A stretch of 64,000 bases of DNA from Pontixanthobacter sp. (GCA_037968495.1 JBBKVP010000033.1:26574-90573), one strand, 5' to 3'; numbered from the stretch's first letter, positions 17,825 to 28,401 are shown. A program made the numbers and translations. The notes: generated by a model from the sequence alone, not told the origin.

Positions 17825-18463
17825 ATGCCTAAAACCCAGATCAAGATTTGTGGCCTGTCCACGCCCGAAACCGTCGATGCTGCTGTAAATGCAGGTGCGA
17901 CGCATATCGGCCTCGTTCACTTCGAACCCAGCCCGCGTCATCTCAGCCTTGCCGATGCGGCAAAGCTGCGCCGCCGTGTGCCGGAGGAGGTCAAAGTTGT
18001 TCTGCTGACGGTGAACATGCAGCCCCAACCTTGGGCGATTGCGATTGACGCCGTGAAGCCAGACGTGGTCCAGTTTCATGGCAGCGAAACGCCAGAATGG
18101 TTCGCGCTTATCAAGCAGCACTCGCCCATCGAACTCTGGAAAGCCATTGGCGTAAAAGATGCCGAGGCGTTCGAGCGCGCGCGCAAATGGGAAGGCGTTG
18201 CCGACTGTTTGTTGTTCGATGCTCCAGCCCAGAAACTTCCCGGCGGCAACGGCTTGGCTCTCGACTGGACGCTTTTTGGCAATCACAAATTGCCAAATGT
18301 CCCATGGGGCCTCGCAGGCGGATTAAACCCTGACAATGTTGCTGACGCCATCCGCCAGACAGGCACTGAAATGGTGGACGCATCATCCGGCCTGGAAAGC
18401 GAACCCGGCGCGAAGGATGTGGACAGGATTAAGGCGTTCTGCAAAGCGGCGCTAAACGTTTAG
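17825..18463 (+). CDS. trpF: phosphoribosylanthranilate isomerase
   Basis: KICGL...GA..IGLVF-type N-terminus, and its position ahead of trpB. Confidence 0.9.
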   Translation: MPKTQIKICGLSTPETVDAAVNAGATHIGLVHFEPSPRHLSLADAAKLRRRVPEEVKVVLLTVNMQPQPWAIAIDAVKPDVVQFHGSETPEWFALIKQHSPIELWKAIGVKDAEAFERARKWEGVADCLLFDAPAQKLPGGNGLALDWTLFGNHKLPNVPWGLAGGLNPDNVADAIRQTGTEMVDASSGLESEPGAKDVDRIKAFCKAALNV

Positions 18464-18470
18464 GGTCAGT

Positions 18471-19682
18471 ATGAACAAGCAAGCAAACTCATTCCGCAAC
18501 ATGCCTGACGAACGCGGGCATTTCGGCGATTACGGCGGGCGCTATGTCGCCGAAACGCTGATGCCGCTCGTCTTGGATCTGGAGCGTGAGTATCGCGCTG
18601 CCCAGGCTGATCCAGCATTCAAGGCCGAGTTCGACGATCTGCTCGAACATTATGTCGGCCGCCCTTCCCCGCTTTACTTTGCTGAGCGGCTCACTGAAGC
18701 CCTCGGCGGCGCCCAAATCTGGTTCAAGCGTGACGAGCTCAACCACACTGGCGCGCATAAGATCAACAATTGCATTGGGCAGATTCTGCTCGCAATCCGC
18801 ATGGGCAAGACGCGTATTATCGCGGAAACCGGCGCGGGTCAGCACGGCGTGGCGACAGCGACCGTTTGCGCGCGTTTCGGACTGCCCTGCGTAATTTATA
18901 TGGGCGCAACCGACGTTGCGCGGCAGCAGCCCAATGTGTTTCGCATGAAGCTGCTTGGCGCGGAAGTGATCCCCGTCACCAGCGGCGCGGCGACGCTGAA
19001 GGATGCAATGAATGAAGGGCTGCGCGACTGGGTCGCCAACGTCCATGACACATTCTACATCATCGGCACCGCCGCCGGCCCGCATCCCTACCCCGAAATG
19101 GTCCGCGATTTTCAAAGCGTGATCGGTAAGGAAGCGCGCGAGCAAATGCTCAGCCGCACGGGCCGCCTTCCCGATCATCTGGTGGCCTGCATCGGCGGCG
19201 GATCGAACGCGCTTGGCCTGTTCCACCCCTTCCTCGACGATGTCGACGTGAAAATGCTGGGCGTAGAGGCGGCAGGCCACGGCCTCGACAAAGAACACGC
19301 CGCCAGCCTGACCGGCGGCGCGCCGGGTGTGCTCCACGGCAACAAGACTTATCTGCTGCAGGACGAAGACGGCCAGATTACCGAAGGCCACTCGATCAGC
19401 GCAGGTCTCGACTATCCCGGAATCGGCCCCGAACACGCATGGCTGAAAGATATCGGCCGCGTGGAATATACCAGCGTAACGGACAAGGAAGCTCTAGACG
19501 GCTTCCAGCTCCTCTGCCGCACCGAAGGCATCATCCCAGCGCTTGAACCGGCCCACGCGATTGCCGCGACGGCGAAACTCGCCAAAGAACTACCGGAAGA
19601 CCAGATCATCCTGATGAACCTCTGCGGACGCGGCGATAAAGACATCTTTACGGTGGCCGAGGCGCTTGGGGTTGAGATATGA
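18471..19682 (+). CDS. trpB: tryptophan synthase beta chain
   Basis: [27 protein letters not shown] (PLP-binding lysine), and GGGSNA. Confidence 0.97.
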   Translation: MNKQANSFRNMPDERGHFGDYGGRYVAETLMPLVLDLEREYRAAQADPAFKAEFDDLLEHYVGRPSPLYFAERLTEALGGAQIWFKRDELNHTGAHKINNCIGQILLAIRMGKTRIIAETGAGQHGVATATVCARFGLPCVIYMGATDVARQQPNVFRMKLLGAEVIPVTSGAATLKDAMNEGLRDWVANVHDTFYIIGTAAGPHPYPEMVRDFQSVIGKEAREQMLSRTGRLPDHLVACIGGGSNALGLFHPFLDDVDVKMLGVEAAGHGLDKEHAASLTGGAPGVLHGNKTYLLQDEDGQITEGHSISAGLDYPGIGPEHAWLKDIGRVEYTSVTDKEALDGFQLLCRTEGIIPALEPAHAIAATAKLAKELPEDQIILMNLCGRGDKDIFTVAEALGVEI

Positions 19683-19864
19683 CCATTTCGCTTGTCCGCG
19701 GTCTGGTGTTTTTTATGCTGGGTCTACCTATCGGCTTCGTTCTTTCTGCACTCGGTTTCGTTGCAACTGGCCGCGAAATTGCTGCGCCTGAACTCGCTCC
19801 TTATGCGCTGAGTATCGCAGCAATTGGCGGTGCCATTGCAGCCGTCTCGAAGCCTAGCCAATGA
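19679..19864 (+). CDS. small hypothetical membrane protein (61 aa, two predicted TM helices)
   Basis: The ORF exactly fills the trpB-trpA gap and has ATGA overlaps at both ends. The two hydrophobic stretches are [21 protein letters not shown] and [19 protein letters not shown]-containing purine patch lies just upstream of the ATG. Confidence 0.5.
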   Translation: MTISLVRGLVFFMLGLPIGFVLSALGFVATGREIAAPELAPYALSIAAIGGAIAAVSKPSQ

Positions 19865-20646
19865 CCCTCCTTTCAGACGCTTTCGCAACACCCGCCCTCG
19901 TCTGCTTCGTCACAGCAGGTGATGGCGACACAGCGGCTAATCTCGACGCGCTTGTCGCGGGCGGTGCGGATGTGATCGAGCTGGGCATGCCCTTCACCGA
20001 TCCAATGGCCGATGGTCCCGCGATCCAGAAGGCCAACCTTCGCTCGCTGGCCAAAGGCACCACCACAGCCGATATTTTCGCCATCGCCACAGCCTTTCGC
20101 GCGCGGCATCCTGGTGTGCCGCTGGTGCTGATGGGCTATGCCAATCCGATGGTTCGGCGCGGGCCGGACTGGTTTGCAGATCAATGCGAAGCCGCAGGCG
20201 TGGACGGGGTAATCTGCGTCGATATTCCGCCCGAGGAAGACGACGCGCTCGGCCCGCAATTGCGCGCCAAGGGCATTGCGCCCATCCGTCTCGCCACGCC
20301 GACCACCGATGCAAAGCGCCTGCCAACTGTGCTCGATGGATCGGGCGGCTTTGTCTACTACGTGTCGGTCGCAGGCATCACCGGCCTGCAACAGGCTGCC
20401 ACCGCCAGTATTGAAGACGCTGTCGCCAAACTCAAAGCCGCCACCGACCTGCCGATTGCAGTCGGTTTCGGTGTCCGCACGCCCGAGCAGGCCGAAGCCA
20501 TCGCCAAGGTTGCAGACGGCGTTGTCGTCGGCTCCGCCTTCATCGATCTGGTCGAGCAGCACGGCGAAAACGCCCCGGCGGCGCTGCAGGAACTCACCGC
20601 TGCGCTTGCCAATGCAGTGCATAATGCGCGAAAGGCTGACGCATGA
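19861..20646 (+). CDS. trpA: tryptophan synthase alpha chain
   Basis: FVTAGDGD...[22 protein letters not shown] signature. Confidence 0.95.
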   Translation: MTLLSDAFATPALVCFVTAGDGDTAANLDALVAGGADVIELGMPFTDPMADGPAIQKANLRSLAKGTTTADIFAIATAFRARHPGVPLVLMGYANPMVRRGPDWFADQCEAAGVDGVICVDIPPEEDDALGPQLRAKGIAPIRLATPTTDAKRLPTVLDGSGGFVYYVSVAGITGLQQAATASIEDAVAKLKAATDLPIAVGFGVRTPEQAEAIAKVADGVVVGSAFIDLVEQHGENAPAALQELTAALANAVHNARKADA

Positions 20647-21491
20647 GCTGGTTTTCCCGTGTCCGTAATTCGCTGCCCTTCGTTCCGAAGCGGGAAACGA
20701 AGGACAATCTCTGGGTCAAATGCCCCGGCTGCGCCGAAATGGTGTTTGAGAAAGAGTATAACGAGAACCTCAACGTCTGTCCGCGTTGCGACCATCATGG
20801 CCGCATTGGCGCGGATCAGCGGCTGGCGCAAATCCTCGATCCCGGTTTCGAGATGATGGAAATGCCCGAGGTCAAAGAAGACCCGCTCAAATTCCGTGAC
20901 AGCAAGAAATACACCGACCGCCTGAAACAAGCCCGCGCCAAGAACCCGCACCGCGATGCGTTCAGCGTAGGCTCCGGCTCGATCAAAACGCGTGACGCAG
21001 TTGTCGGCGTTCAGGACTTCAATTTCATGGGCGGGTCGATGGGCATGGCCGTGGGCAATGCCTTTTGCGCCGGTGCAGAGCGCGCCCTCGCCCGCAAATG
21101 CGGCTATATCGTCGTAACAGCCGCTGGCGGCGCACGGATGCAGGAGGGCATTCTCAGCCTGATGCAAATGCCCAAGGCCACAGTAATGACCCGCCGCCTG
21201 AAACGCGCTGGCCTCCCGTATATCGTCGTGCTGACCGACCCGACCACAGGCGGCGTAACCGCCAGCTACGCTATGCTCGGCGATGTGCAAATTGCAGAGC
21301 CCAACGCCTTGATCGGCTTTGCCGGACAGCGCGTGATCCAAGACACGATCCGCGAGAAACTGCCCGAGGGTTTCCAACGTGCGGAATATCTCCACAAGCA
21401 CGGTATGGTCGACATGGTGGTACCGCGTGACAATTTGCGTTCGACGCTCGCGACAATCCTCGATTACCTCGATCCGGCACAGGCTGCCTGA
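20643..21491 (+). CDS. accD: acetyl-CoA carboxylase carboxyltransferase beta subunit
   Basis: N-terminal zinc ribbon CPGC...CPRC, and GGSMG...GGARMQEG. Confidence 0.95.
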   Translation: MSWFSRVRNSLPFVPKRETKDNLWVKCPGCAEMVFEKEYNENLNVCPRCDHHGRIGADQRLAQILDPGFEMMEMPEVKEDPLKFRDSKKYTDRLKQARAKNPHRDAFSVGSGSIKTRDAVVGVQDFNFMGGSMGMAVGNAFCAGAERALARKCGYIVVTAAGGARMQEGILSLMQMPKATVMTRRLKRAGLPYIVVLTDPTTGGVTASYAMLGDVQIAEPNALIGFAGQRVIQDTIREKLPEGFQRAEYLHKHGMVDMVVPRDNLRSTLATILDYLDPAQAA

Positions 21492-21511
21492 CCGGCGCCG
21501 CGCGGCTGAAT

Positions 21512-22804
21512 ATGCGCGACTTTGCTATTTCCGACGATCCGGCCGTGCAGGCTCAGCTTGACCGTCTCGGCGCGCTATCGGTGCCTGACGGGCGACTTGG
21601 CCTCGAAACAATCCGCGCCTTGCTGGACCGCTTGGACAATCCGCATCAGCGAATGCCGCCCGTATTTCACGTCGCCGGGACCAATGGCAAAGGCTCCACC
21701 TGCGCATTCCTGAGAGCGATGCTGGAAGCCGAAGGGCTGACGGTCCATGCGACAACCAGCCCGCATCTTGTGCGCTATAATGAACGAATCAGGATTGCCG
21801 GAAAGCTAATCGAAGACAACGCATTAGCGAGCGTTCTTGCCGAAGTGCTGGATGCCGGTGAGGATTTGAACCCCAGCTTCTTCGAAGTGACTATCGCGGC
21901 AAGTTTCCTGGCCTTCTCCCGAACGCCTGCTGACGTCTGTGTGATTGAAGTCGGCCTTGGCGGACGCTTTGATGCGACGAACGTAATCGAACGGCCTGCC
22001 GTATGCGGAATTGCAGCGCTGGGCATAGACCATGAGCGTTTCTTGCTCGTCCCCGAGGAGGGCGTTCCCAAAGACCCGATGGCCCGCATTGCCTTCGAGA
22101 AGGCCGGTATTGCGAAGAGGGGCGTAAGACTCGTTACAATGGCTTACGAGGAAGCCCAACATGAGGCGATTGCCGACGTTGCAGACAAAGTGGGCGCCGA
22201 ACTACGCGATGAAGGGCGCTGGTGGCATTATGGCCATGCGATAGGCGACCGCATCGGTTACCGCGATGAGGGCGGCGCATTGATGCTTCCAGCACCTTCG
22301 CTGCCCGGCGATCACCAGCGAGCCAATTGCGCGCTGGCCGCCGCGATGATCCGGCATCAGGATGCAATCAAAGTTTCGGTCAAAGCGATGAAAGAAGGTG
22401 CGCGAACGGCTAAATGGCCCGCGCGATTGCAGAGGCTCGCACCCGGCCCAATCATAGGCACCCGAGAGGTATGGCTCGACGGCGGGCATAACCCCAACGC
22501 AGGCAAAGCGATTGCGGCGCACTTTGAAGGCCAACGCATCCACCTGATCATCGGCATGATCGCCGGGAAGGATCCTGCATCGCTTATAGGTCCAATGGGC
22601 GACAGCATTGCCAGTTTGACGATCGTGCCAGTCGCTGGGCGGGACCATTTAGCAGCGGAGAGTTTTGGGACTGTTGCTGGCCAAGCAAGCGATGTCGCGG
22701 AGGGACTGGGAGCGCTACCCGACGACGGCTTGCCCGTACTTATCGCAGGTACGCTTTATCTCGCGGGCAGTGTTCTGAAGCTAACTGGTCAGCTCCCCGA
22801 CTAA
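21512..22804 (+). CDS. folC: bifunctional folylpolyglutamate synthase / dihydrofolate synthase
   Basis: P-loop HVAGTNGKGST, a Mur-ligase fold, and its position after accD. Confidence 0.9.
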   Translation: MRDFAISDDPAVQAQLDRLGALSVPDGRLGLETIRALLDRLDNPHQRMPPVFHVAGTNGKGSTCAFLRAMLEAEGLTVHATTSPHLVRYNERIRIAGKLIEDNALASVLAEVLDAGEDLNPSFFEVTIAASFLAFSRTPADVCVIEVGLGGRFDATNVIERPAVCGIAALGIDHERFLLVPEEGVPKDPMARIAFEKAGIAKRGVRLVTMAYEEAQHEAIADVADKVGAELRDEGRWWHYGHAIGDRIGYRDEGGALMLPAPSLPGDHQRANCALAAAMIRHQDAIKVSVKAMKEGARTAKWPARLQRLAPGPIIGTREVWLDGGHNPNAGKAIAAHFEGQRIHLIIGMIAGKDPASLIGPMGDSIASLTIVPVAGRDHLAAESFGTVAGQASDVAEGLGALPDDGLPVLIAGTLYLAGSVLKLTGQLPD

Positions 22805-24519
22805 GCGTTCTTGAGTGCAATCGCGTCCATCCCGGATGCCACACCAAGCCGCCTCACCCTAGCCCATTCGATTAGGCACAGAATCACGGCGATGCCGCCG
22901 ATAGCGGTAGTGAGCAGGAACACGTCGAAATAGCCGCGATCCTCGATAATCTTGCCCAATGCTCCGCGCCCTAGCGTACCAACTAGCAATGTCAGCGAGC
23001 TAAGCAGGGCATATTGCACTGCGCTGTAGCCCTTTGCCACGATAGACGAGAGATAGGCTACGAATGCCGCGCCCGCGATGCCAACCGCAAGGTTTTCGCC
23101 CGCAATCGCCATCATTAGCTTCGCCAGCCGCGCATCGCCGCCTAGCGTCGTCACCAGCCATGTGAAACCCGTGTTATCGGCTACGGCCTGCATAACGGCA
23201 CCGCCCCGCGCCAAATCGGCGTAGAGGAGATTTGTCGCCGCAGCGATCACTGCACCCAGCGTCAGCGTAAACATGCGTCCGATCAGGGTGAGAAGCGCGC
23301 CACCAGCCGCAAGGCCGAGGATAAGCGCGCCGACACCAAAGAACTTGGAGGCAATGGCAACTTCATCCTTCGAATATTGCAGTTCGCCGAGGTAGAACGG
23401 ATAGGCGAAGCTGCCCCAGATCGCGTCGGTGATCCGGTAGGTCAAAACCAGAGCGATCACTATGATCATGGCCCATCCCAGCCGTCCGACTAGCTCCGTC
23501 AGAGGCAGCACCAGAGCGCGGTATCCGTGATCGATTACTCGCTCAAAGCCCGTTGCAGGCGCTGCCGCTTCGCTTAGGACATGCATGCCCTTCTTGCGGC
23601 GGCTTTCCAGCCATGCAGCGATAATCGAGGGTATGACAACCGTGGCAATCACCACCAGCGGCCCCTGTGTACTGATAAATTGCACCGAGTCCGGTCGCGA
23701 TTCAGGATTGCTCCCGAGCGAGCGGACCATGAACACAATCACGGTAATCAGTGCCCAGCCCCATAACAGAGCGACTGCACCTAGTGCATAGGCACGAACG
23801 CGAGGCTCGATCTGCCCGGCATGGCGTAACTCAGCCAGATCATCCGCGTCGTCTTCGATACTCTCGGCGGTTTGTTGCGCGTCGGGCGCCCACAGGCCGA
23901 GGAAACCGACGACCAGCAAGATGCCGCCCATAGTCATGAAAACCGTCGGCCAATCTGTGCGTTCTGCCAAAAACAGGGCAAACGCACCGCCAACCAGTGC
24001 CGCGATGCGGTAGCCCATCTGATAAACGGTCGAGAGCATGTCGATGGTCGCAACTTCATCTGCCACGTCCACGCGCCAGGCGTCGATCACCACGTCCTGA
24101 GTCGCGCTGGCAAAAGCTCCGATGCCCGCAAGCAATGAGAAAACTCCAAGAGCGCCAACGGGATCAAGGGTCGAAAGGATAACAAGAATAGCGCCGAGCA
24201 GAACCTGCGCAGTCACAATCCACTGCTTGCGCTTTCCGAGCTTCCTCAAAATCGGGAGATCAACACGGTCCAGCAGCGGCGACCAAAGGAACTTAAACGC
24301 ATAGGCGAGGCCAATAAGCGAGAAGACGCCCATAGTTTCCAGATCAACTTCTGCATCAGACAGCCAAGCGTAAAGCGTACCAAGCAACAGCGCATATGGC
24401 AGGCCTGCGGCAAAGCCGAACAGCGCCATATAGCCCGTCTTGCGGTTGCCAAGCGAAGCGATCAGCTTGCGCCAGCCGGGCTTCTTTGGTGCCTGTTCTG
24501 CAGTTGCGCTGGTGGCCAT
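22801..24519 (-). CDS. ampG: AmpG-family muropeptide MFS permease
   Basis: Polytopic MFS protein with AmpG-type N-terminal motifs (LGFAAGLPYALL, KFLWSPLLDR). Start taken at the ATG at 24519 (MATSATAEQ). Confidence 0.8.
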   Translation of the reverse strand: MATSATAEQAPKKPGWRKLIASLGNRKTGYMALFGFAAGLPYALLLGTLYAWLSDAEVDLETMGVFSLIGLAYAFKFLWSPLLDRVDLPILRKLGKRKQWIVTAQVLLGAILVILSTLDPVGALGVFSLLAGIGAFASATQDVVIDAWRVDVADEVATIDMLSTVYQMGYRIAALVGGAFALFLAERTDWPTVFMTMGGILLVVGFLGLWAPDAQQTAESIEDDADDLAELRHAGQIEPRVRAYALGAVALLWGWALITVIVFMVRSLGSNPESRPDSVQFISTQGPLVVIATVVIPSIIAAWLESRRKKGMHVLSEAAAPATGFERVIDHGYRALVLPLTELVGRLGWAMIIVIALVLTYRITDAIWGSFAYPFYLGELQYSKDEVAIASKFFGVGALILGLAAGGALLTLIGRMFTLTLGAVIAAATNLLYADLARGGAVMQAVADNTGFTWLVTTLGGDARLAKLMMAIAGENLAVGIAGAAFVAYLSSIVAKGYSAVQYALLSSLTLLVGTLGRGALGKIIEDRGYFDVFLLTTAIGGIAVILCLIEWARVRRLGVASGMDAIALKNA

Positions 24520-24590
24520 TGTGTGGCGATCCTTCCCCGTGAAACCAATTCGTGGCAAGGTAGCGTGATGCGTAACAATGGGAAGAGCGG

Positions 24591-25751
24591 ATGAACGAGG
24601 CAGGAACCGCAATGCGGCGCTTATCCCCGACAGCGGGGCAAAAGGCGCTGGCCGAGGCGATTGCCGGCGAATCCGTACGCACGGACGGCGTGGTCACGCA
24701 TGTCCCAGCATCCGTTTACACCGACCCGGCACATTGGAGCCGCGAGAAAGCGGGCCTGTTTAACCGATTGCCGCAGGTATTGTGTCCTTCGGCCTTGCTG
24801 CCAGATGCCGGAATGGCTGTACCGCATGATGCGACGGGCCGCCCATTGCTGATCACGCGGGATGCCGATGGCAAAGCGCATGTCTTCCATAATGTCTGCC
24901 GTCACCGAGGGACGCGGCTGGTCGAAGGTCAGGAAAGCTTGTGCGCCAAACGGCTCGTTTGCCCTTACCACGCATGGACTTACCGGCTCGATGGAAAGTT
25001 ATTAGCCCTGCCCCGACCAGAGACATTTCCCGGCCTTGAAAAAAGCGACCACGGATTGTTTGAGCTTCCAAGCGTTGAAGCAGGTGGGCTAATCTGGTTT
25101 TCGCCACACAACGCAGCAGACTTCTCCTTCGCAGAAACGCTTGGCGAAGATTTCGACGCTTTCGCTATGGCGGACCATCACTTGTTCGCGCGCAAGACCC
25201 ACGAAGTCGCAGGCAATTGGAAGCTCATCATGGATGCCTTCCTTGAAAGCTATCATGTACAGCGGCTCCATTCCCAAACCATCGGGCCGATGTTCAAGGA
25301 CGGAATCACTGCGGGTGATATGATCGGGCCGCACGCCCGATCCAGCGTTGGCCGTGCCGAGGAGCTTGGCGGTATCGACTTTTCCGACATGGCCCAGATG
25401 CGCTCTGTGGTGACGTTCGCTTACCAATTGCTACCAGGCACGATAATCATTGCCAGCCCCGACTACATAAATGTGATGACGCTGATGCCGCAATCGCAGA
25501 ACCTGACGCTGGTCGAAGATTTCATGCTGATTCCGGAGGCCCCGCAAACCGAAAAAGCGCAAAGCCATTGGCAGCGTAGCTGGGACTTACTCGATGGCGG
25601 AGTATTTGCTGCCGAGGATTTCTGCGCTGCAGAGCTTGGCCAACAGGGCCTCGAAAGCGGTTCTATAGATCAGATTACGCTGGGAACACTTGAAACTGGC
25701 ATCCACCGCTTTCACGAAACCGTGCAAGACGCGCTGCGCGGAGTGAACTGA
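24591..25751 (+). CDS. Rieske [2Fe-2S] aromatic-ring-hydroxylating oxygenase alpha-subunit-like protein
   Basis: Rieske motif CRHRG...CPYHAWTY and a C-terminal catalytic-domain-like region (ESYHVQRLH). Confidence 0.8.
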   Translation: MNEAGTAMRRLSPTAGQKALAEAIAGESVRTDGVVTHVPASVYTDPAHWSREKAGLFNRLPQVLCPSALLPDAGMAVPHDATGRPLLITRDADGKAHVFHNVCRHRGTRLVEGQESLCAKRLVCPYHAWTYRLDGKLLALPRPETFPGLEKSDHGLFELPSVEAGGLIWFSPHNAADFSFAETLGEDFDAFAMADHHLFARKTHEVAGNWKLIMDAFLESYHVQRLHSQTIGPMFKDGITAGDMIGPHARSSVGRAEELGGIDFSDMAQMRSVVTFAYQLLPGTIIIASPDYINVMTLMPQSQNLTLVEDFMLIPEAPQTEKAQSHWQRSWDLLDGGVFAAEDFCAAELGQQGLESGSIDQITLGTLETGIHRFHETVQDALRGVN

Positions 25752-25790
25752 CAGCTTCCGCTGTGATGGCGGTGTGTGTAGAGGCCGCTC

Positions 25791-26588
25791 ATGCCAAAAT
25801 ATGATCCCCTAGCTCCTTCTGGTTCAGCCGACGCCCGCCCTGAAGGCGAACGCATAGCCAAATTGCTCGCCCGCGCAGGCGTTGCCAGCCGCCGCGAAGT
25901 CGAGCGCATGATCGATGCCGGGAGAGTTTCTATCGGGGGTGAAGTCCTCACAACCGCCGCCACCATCATTCGAAATCTCGACGGGGTTACCGTGGACGAC
26001 AAGCCCGTCGGGCGTCCCGATGCCACGCGGCTGTTTATCTTTCACAAGCCAGCTGGCTTGCTAACTGCCGAGCGCGACTTCTCCGGCCGTCAAACGATCT
26101 ATAACGCACTCACCAACGCGCTGCCCAAGGGCACGCCGCGCCTGATGCCTGTTGGCCGCCTCGATCTAAATACCGAGGGGCTGCTGCTGATGACCAATGA
26201 TGGTGAGCTGAAGCGCGCCATGGAGCTACCATCGACGGGTATGCCGCGCCGTTACCGCGCGCGGACATTCGGCGGGATCACGCAGGCCCAGCTTGAGGAA
26301 CTCAGCCACGGCATCACCATCGAAGGTGTGCGTTACGGATCGATTGACGCCAACCTCGAACGCGGAACGGGTGCAAACCAATGGGTCGAAATGACTCTGA
26401 CCGAGGGTAAGAACCGCGAAGTCCGGCGAGTTCTCGAACATTTCGGATTGGAAGTGTCGCGTCTGATGCGGCTGGAGTACGGCCCCTTCAAACTGGGTGA
26501 TTTGGCGCGTGGTGCTGCTGTCGAAGTAGCGCAAGTCGAAGTCGAGCGGATGCGCAAGGAGCTCGTCACCAAAAAGCCGCGCAAGTGA
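25791..26588 (+). CDS. rluB: RsuA/RluB-family pseudouridine synthase with S4 domain
   Basis: S4 domain (RIAKLLARAGVASRREVERMIDAGRV) and catalytic motif VGRLDLNTEGLLLMTNDGEL. Confidence 0.85.
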   Translation: MPKYDPLAPSGSADARPEGERIAKLLARAGVASRREVERMIDAGRVSIGGEVLTTAATIIRNLDGVTVDDKPVGRPDATRLFIFHKPAGLLTAERDFSGRQTIYNALTNALPKGTPRLMPVGRLDLNTEGLLLMTNDGELKRAMELPSTGMPRRYRARTFGGITQAQLEELSHGITIEGVRYGSIDANLERGTGANQWVEMTLTEGKNREVRRVLEHFGLEVSRLMRLEYGPFKLGDLARGAAVEVAQVEVERMRKELVTKKPRK

Positions 26589-27127
26589 GGATCATTGCAG
26601 GCGACTGGCGCGGCAGGAAGCTGATCGCGCCCAAGGGCGATACAACGCGTCCTACCGCAGACAGAACCCGCGAAACTTTGTTCAATATGCTGAATAGCCG
26701 GTTGGGCGCATTTAACGACCTTGCCGTGGCCGACCTGTTCGCAGGATCAGGCGCCTTGGGACTTGAAGCATTGTCACGAGGATCCGGATCGTGCCTGTTC
26801 GTCGAAGATGACCGCGATGCGTTGAAGGCACTCAAAACCAATGTGGCGGCATTGGAAACCGGTCGCCGGGCGACAGTTCAAGCCGGATCAGTAATGTCGC
26901 TTGGACCAGCCAAGGTTCCCCACGATCTGATCATGCTAGACCCGCCTTATCATAGCGGCGCTGGCGTGGTTGCGCTCGACCGGATGGTAAGGCTCGGCTG
27001 GATCGGGCCAGCGACATGGATCGCGCTTGAAACTGCGTTCAACGAAGATGTCGAGTGCAAGAACCTGACAATCGAAATTGACCGCAAAGTCGGCAAAGCA
27101 AAGCTCACCCTTCTCCGCCTGGGCTGA
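26585..27127 (+). CDS. rsmD: 16S rRNA (guanine966-N2)-methyltransferase
   Basis: RIIAGDWRGRKL, RPTADRTRETLFN, DLFAGSGALGLEALSRG and LDPPY. Its start overlaps the rluB stop. Confidence 0.85.
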   Translation: MRIIAGDWRGRKLIAPKGDTTRPTADRTRETLFNMLNSRLGAFNDLAVADLFAGSGALGLEALSRGSGSCLFVEDDRDALKALKTNVAALETGRRATVQAGSVMSLGPAKVPHDLIMLDPPYHSGAGVVALDRMVRLGWIGPATWIALETAFNEDVECKNLTIEIDRKVGKAKLTLLRLG

Positions 27128-27129
27128 AG

Positions 27130-27540
27130 TTAGTCCAGAGAGGGATAACGCTCGAAGGCGGGCAGTTCATGCGCTGATGCCATCCACAGCAACCGCTCTG
27201 CAGTTTGGATATGTGCCTGCGCCGGATATTTCTCAGGCTCATCCAACGTACCGGTCTGAACATCGACCATATTCGGCAGGTTTTCGGCGTTGGTGTAAAA
27301 AAGTCCGGTCCCGCACTGGATACAGAAATGCCGCCGTGCATGTTCCGACGAAGCAAATACGGCAGGCTCACCGCTGACTGCCAATTGATTGTGCTTCATC
27401 ATCGCCCAACCAACCATCGGCGCGCCCGCACTGCGGCGACAGTCAGAGCAATGGCACAGCGAATGGTTGATCGGATCGCCGGTAATTTCGTAACGAATAG
27501 CGCCGCACTGGCATCCGCCTGTCATCATCTCTTTGCCCAA
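27130..27540 (-). CDS. GFA-family (CENP-V/glutathione-dependent formaldehyde-activating) protein
   Basis: GGCQCGAIRY start, with Cys clusters CHCSDCRR and CIQCG. Confidence 0.85.
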   Translation of the reverse strand: MGKEMMTGGCQCGAIRYEITGDPINHSLCHCSDCRRSAGAPMVGWAMMKHNQLAVSGEPAVFASSEHARRHFCIQCGTGLFYTNAENLPNMVDVQTGTLDEPEKYPAQAHIQTAERLLWMASAHELPAFERYPSLD

Positions 27541-27631
27541 TATACAGTTTGATCAAGGCAATAGAATGAACGCGGCGGCACCATATGGCAAATGGCGCCG
27601 CCACAATCCCCTTCAAACTAGTCCCCTCAGC

Positions 27632-28138
27632 CTAGTGAGGCTCAGCAACTTCGGCCGAGTCGGGCATTGGTTCCGGATCGGTAGGCGGCGGCATGTCCTC
27701 TGGCGGAGGAGGCCTGTCGCCAGTTGGCACCGCTTCAGGCGCAGGCTCTGCAGGCGCGCCTGAGAGCTGGGCGTTGATTGCATCCCAAGCGGCTACCCGT
27801 CCCGGTTCATCCATAGCGTCCAGATCGGCGCGGTTCTGATCGGAAAGGCGCCAATAGACGTCTCGCTGCTCGGGTTGAAGCGTCTAGTAATAGGCGTGTT
27901 GGCTCCCGGGCCATCCGTCATACATAGCCTGCCGTTCAGAGGGCCAGCTATCATACTGCAACTGCTGTTCGGGTGTTTTTTCAGCAATTGGTGTCGCTTT
28001 GGTAGCGGGATCCTGCATTCCATCGCGCATTGCTTGGCCATCAGGCATGGTTTGAGGTTCCGGCATATCCTGCGCGGAAAGCGCTACCGGACTGGCAAAC
28101 ATCATGGAAAACAGGGCGACTCTGGTAATCTTACGCAT
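27632..28138 (-). pseudogene. secreted Trp/Pro/Gln-repeat protein interrupted by one in-frame TAG (27884-27886)
   Basis: ORFs 27884..28138 and 27632..27814 are in the same frame. The continuous reading is ...YDSWPSERQAMYDGWPGSQHAYY[TAG]TLQPEQRDVYWRLSDQNRADLDAMDEP... The N-terminal signal peptide is MRKITRVALFSMMFASPVALSA. Confidence 0.5.
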
Positions 28139-28386
28139 AACTAACTCCTATGGGTGGCCAAACGGCGTTGGGGCGTCATGCGTGACGAACTAATCGGACC
28201 AGTCCCCGGGGCCCGACTACCCTGAATTGGTGCGTATCGCGTTGGAAAGCAAAGAACTCGCGCCGCGCTCGTCTTGCAGCAAACCCGTGCTGCCGATACC
28301 CGTGCGAAAGCTACGACGGACAGATTTCCGGCCCATGCTCAACCATGTGAACGCACCGCTCGCAAGGGCTTGCGACATGGGCCCGC

Positions 28387-28401
28387 GTTCCCTAACTGTT
28401 C
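28387..28401 (+). promoter_or_regulatory. candidate alphaproteobacterial LexA (SOS) box upstream of uvrD
   Basis: GTTC-CCTAACT-GTTC is an exact GTTC-N7-GTTC direct repeat. It ends 9 nt before the annotated ATG. Confidence 0.45.

Noticed and set aside
27884-27886. Interpreting the in-frame TAG as pyrrolysine or another programmed recoding event.
   Set aside because: There are no pyl genes or a recognisable recoding signal in the window, and this is an alphaproteobacterial context. A TGG to TAG point change or a sequence error is much more likely.
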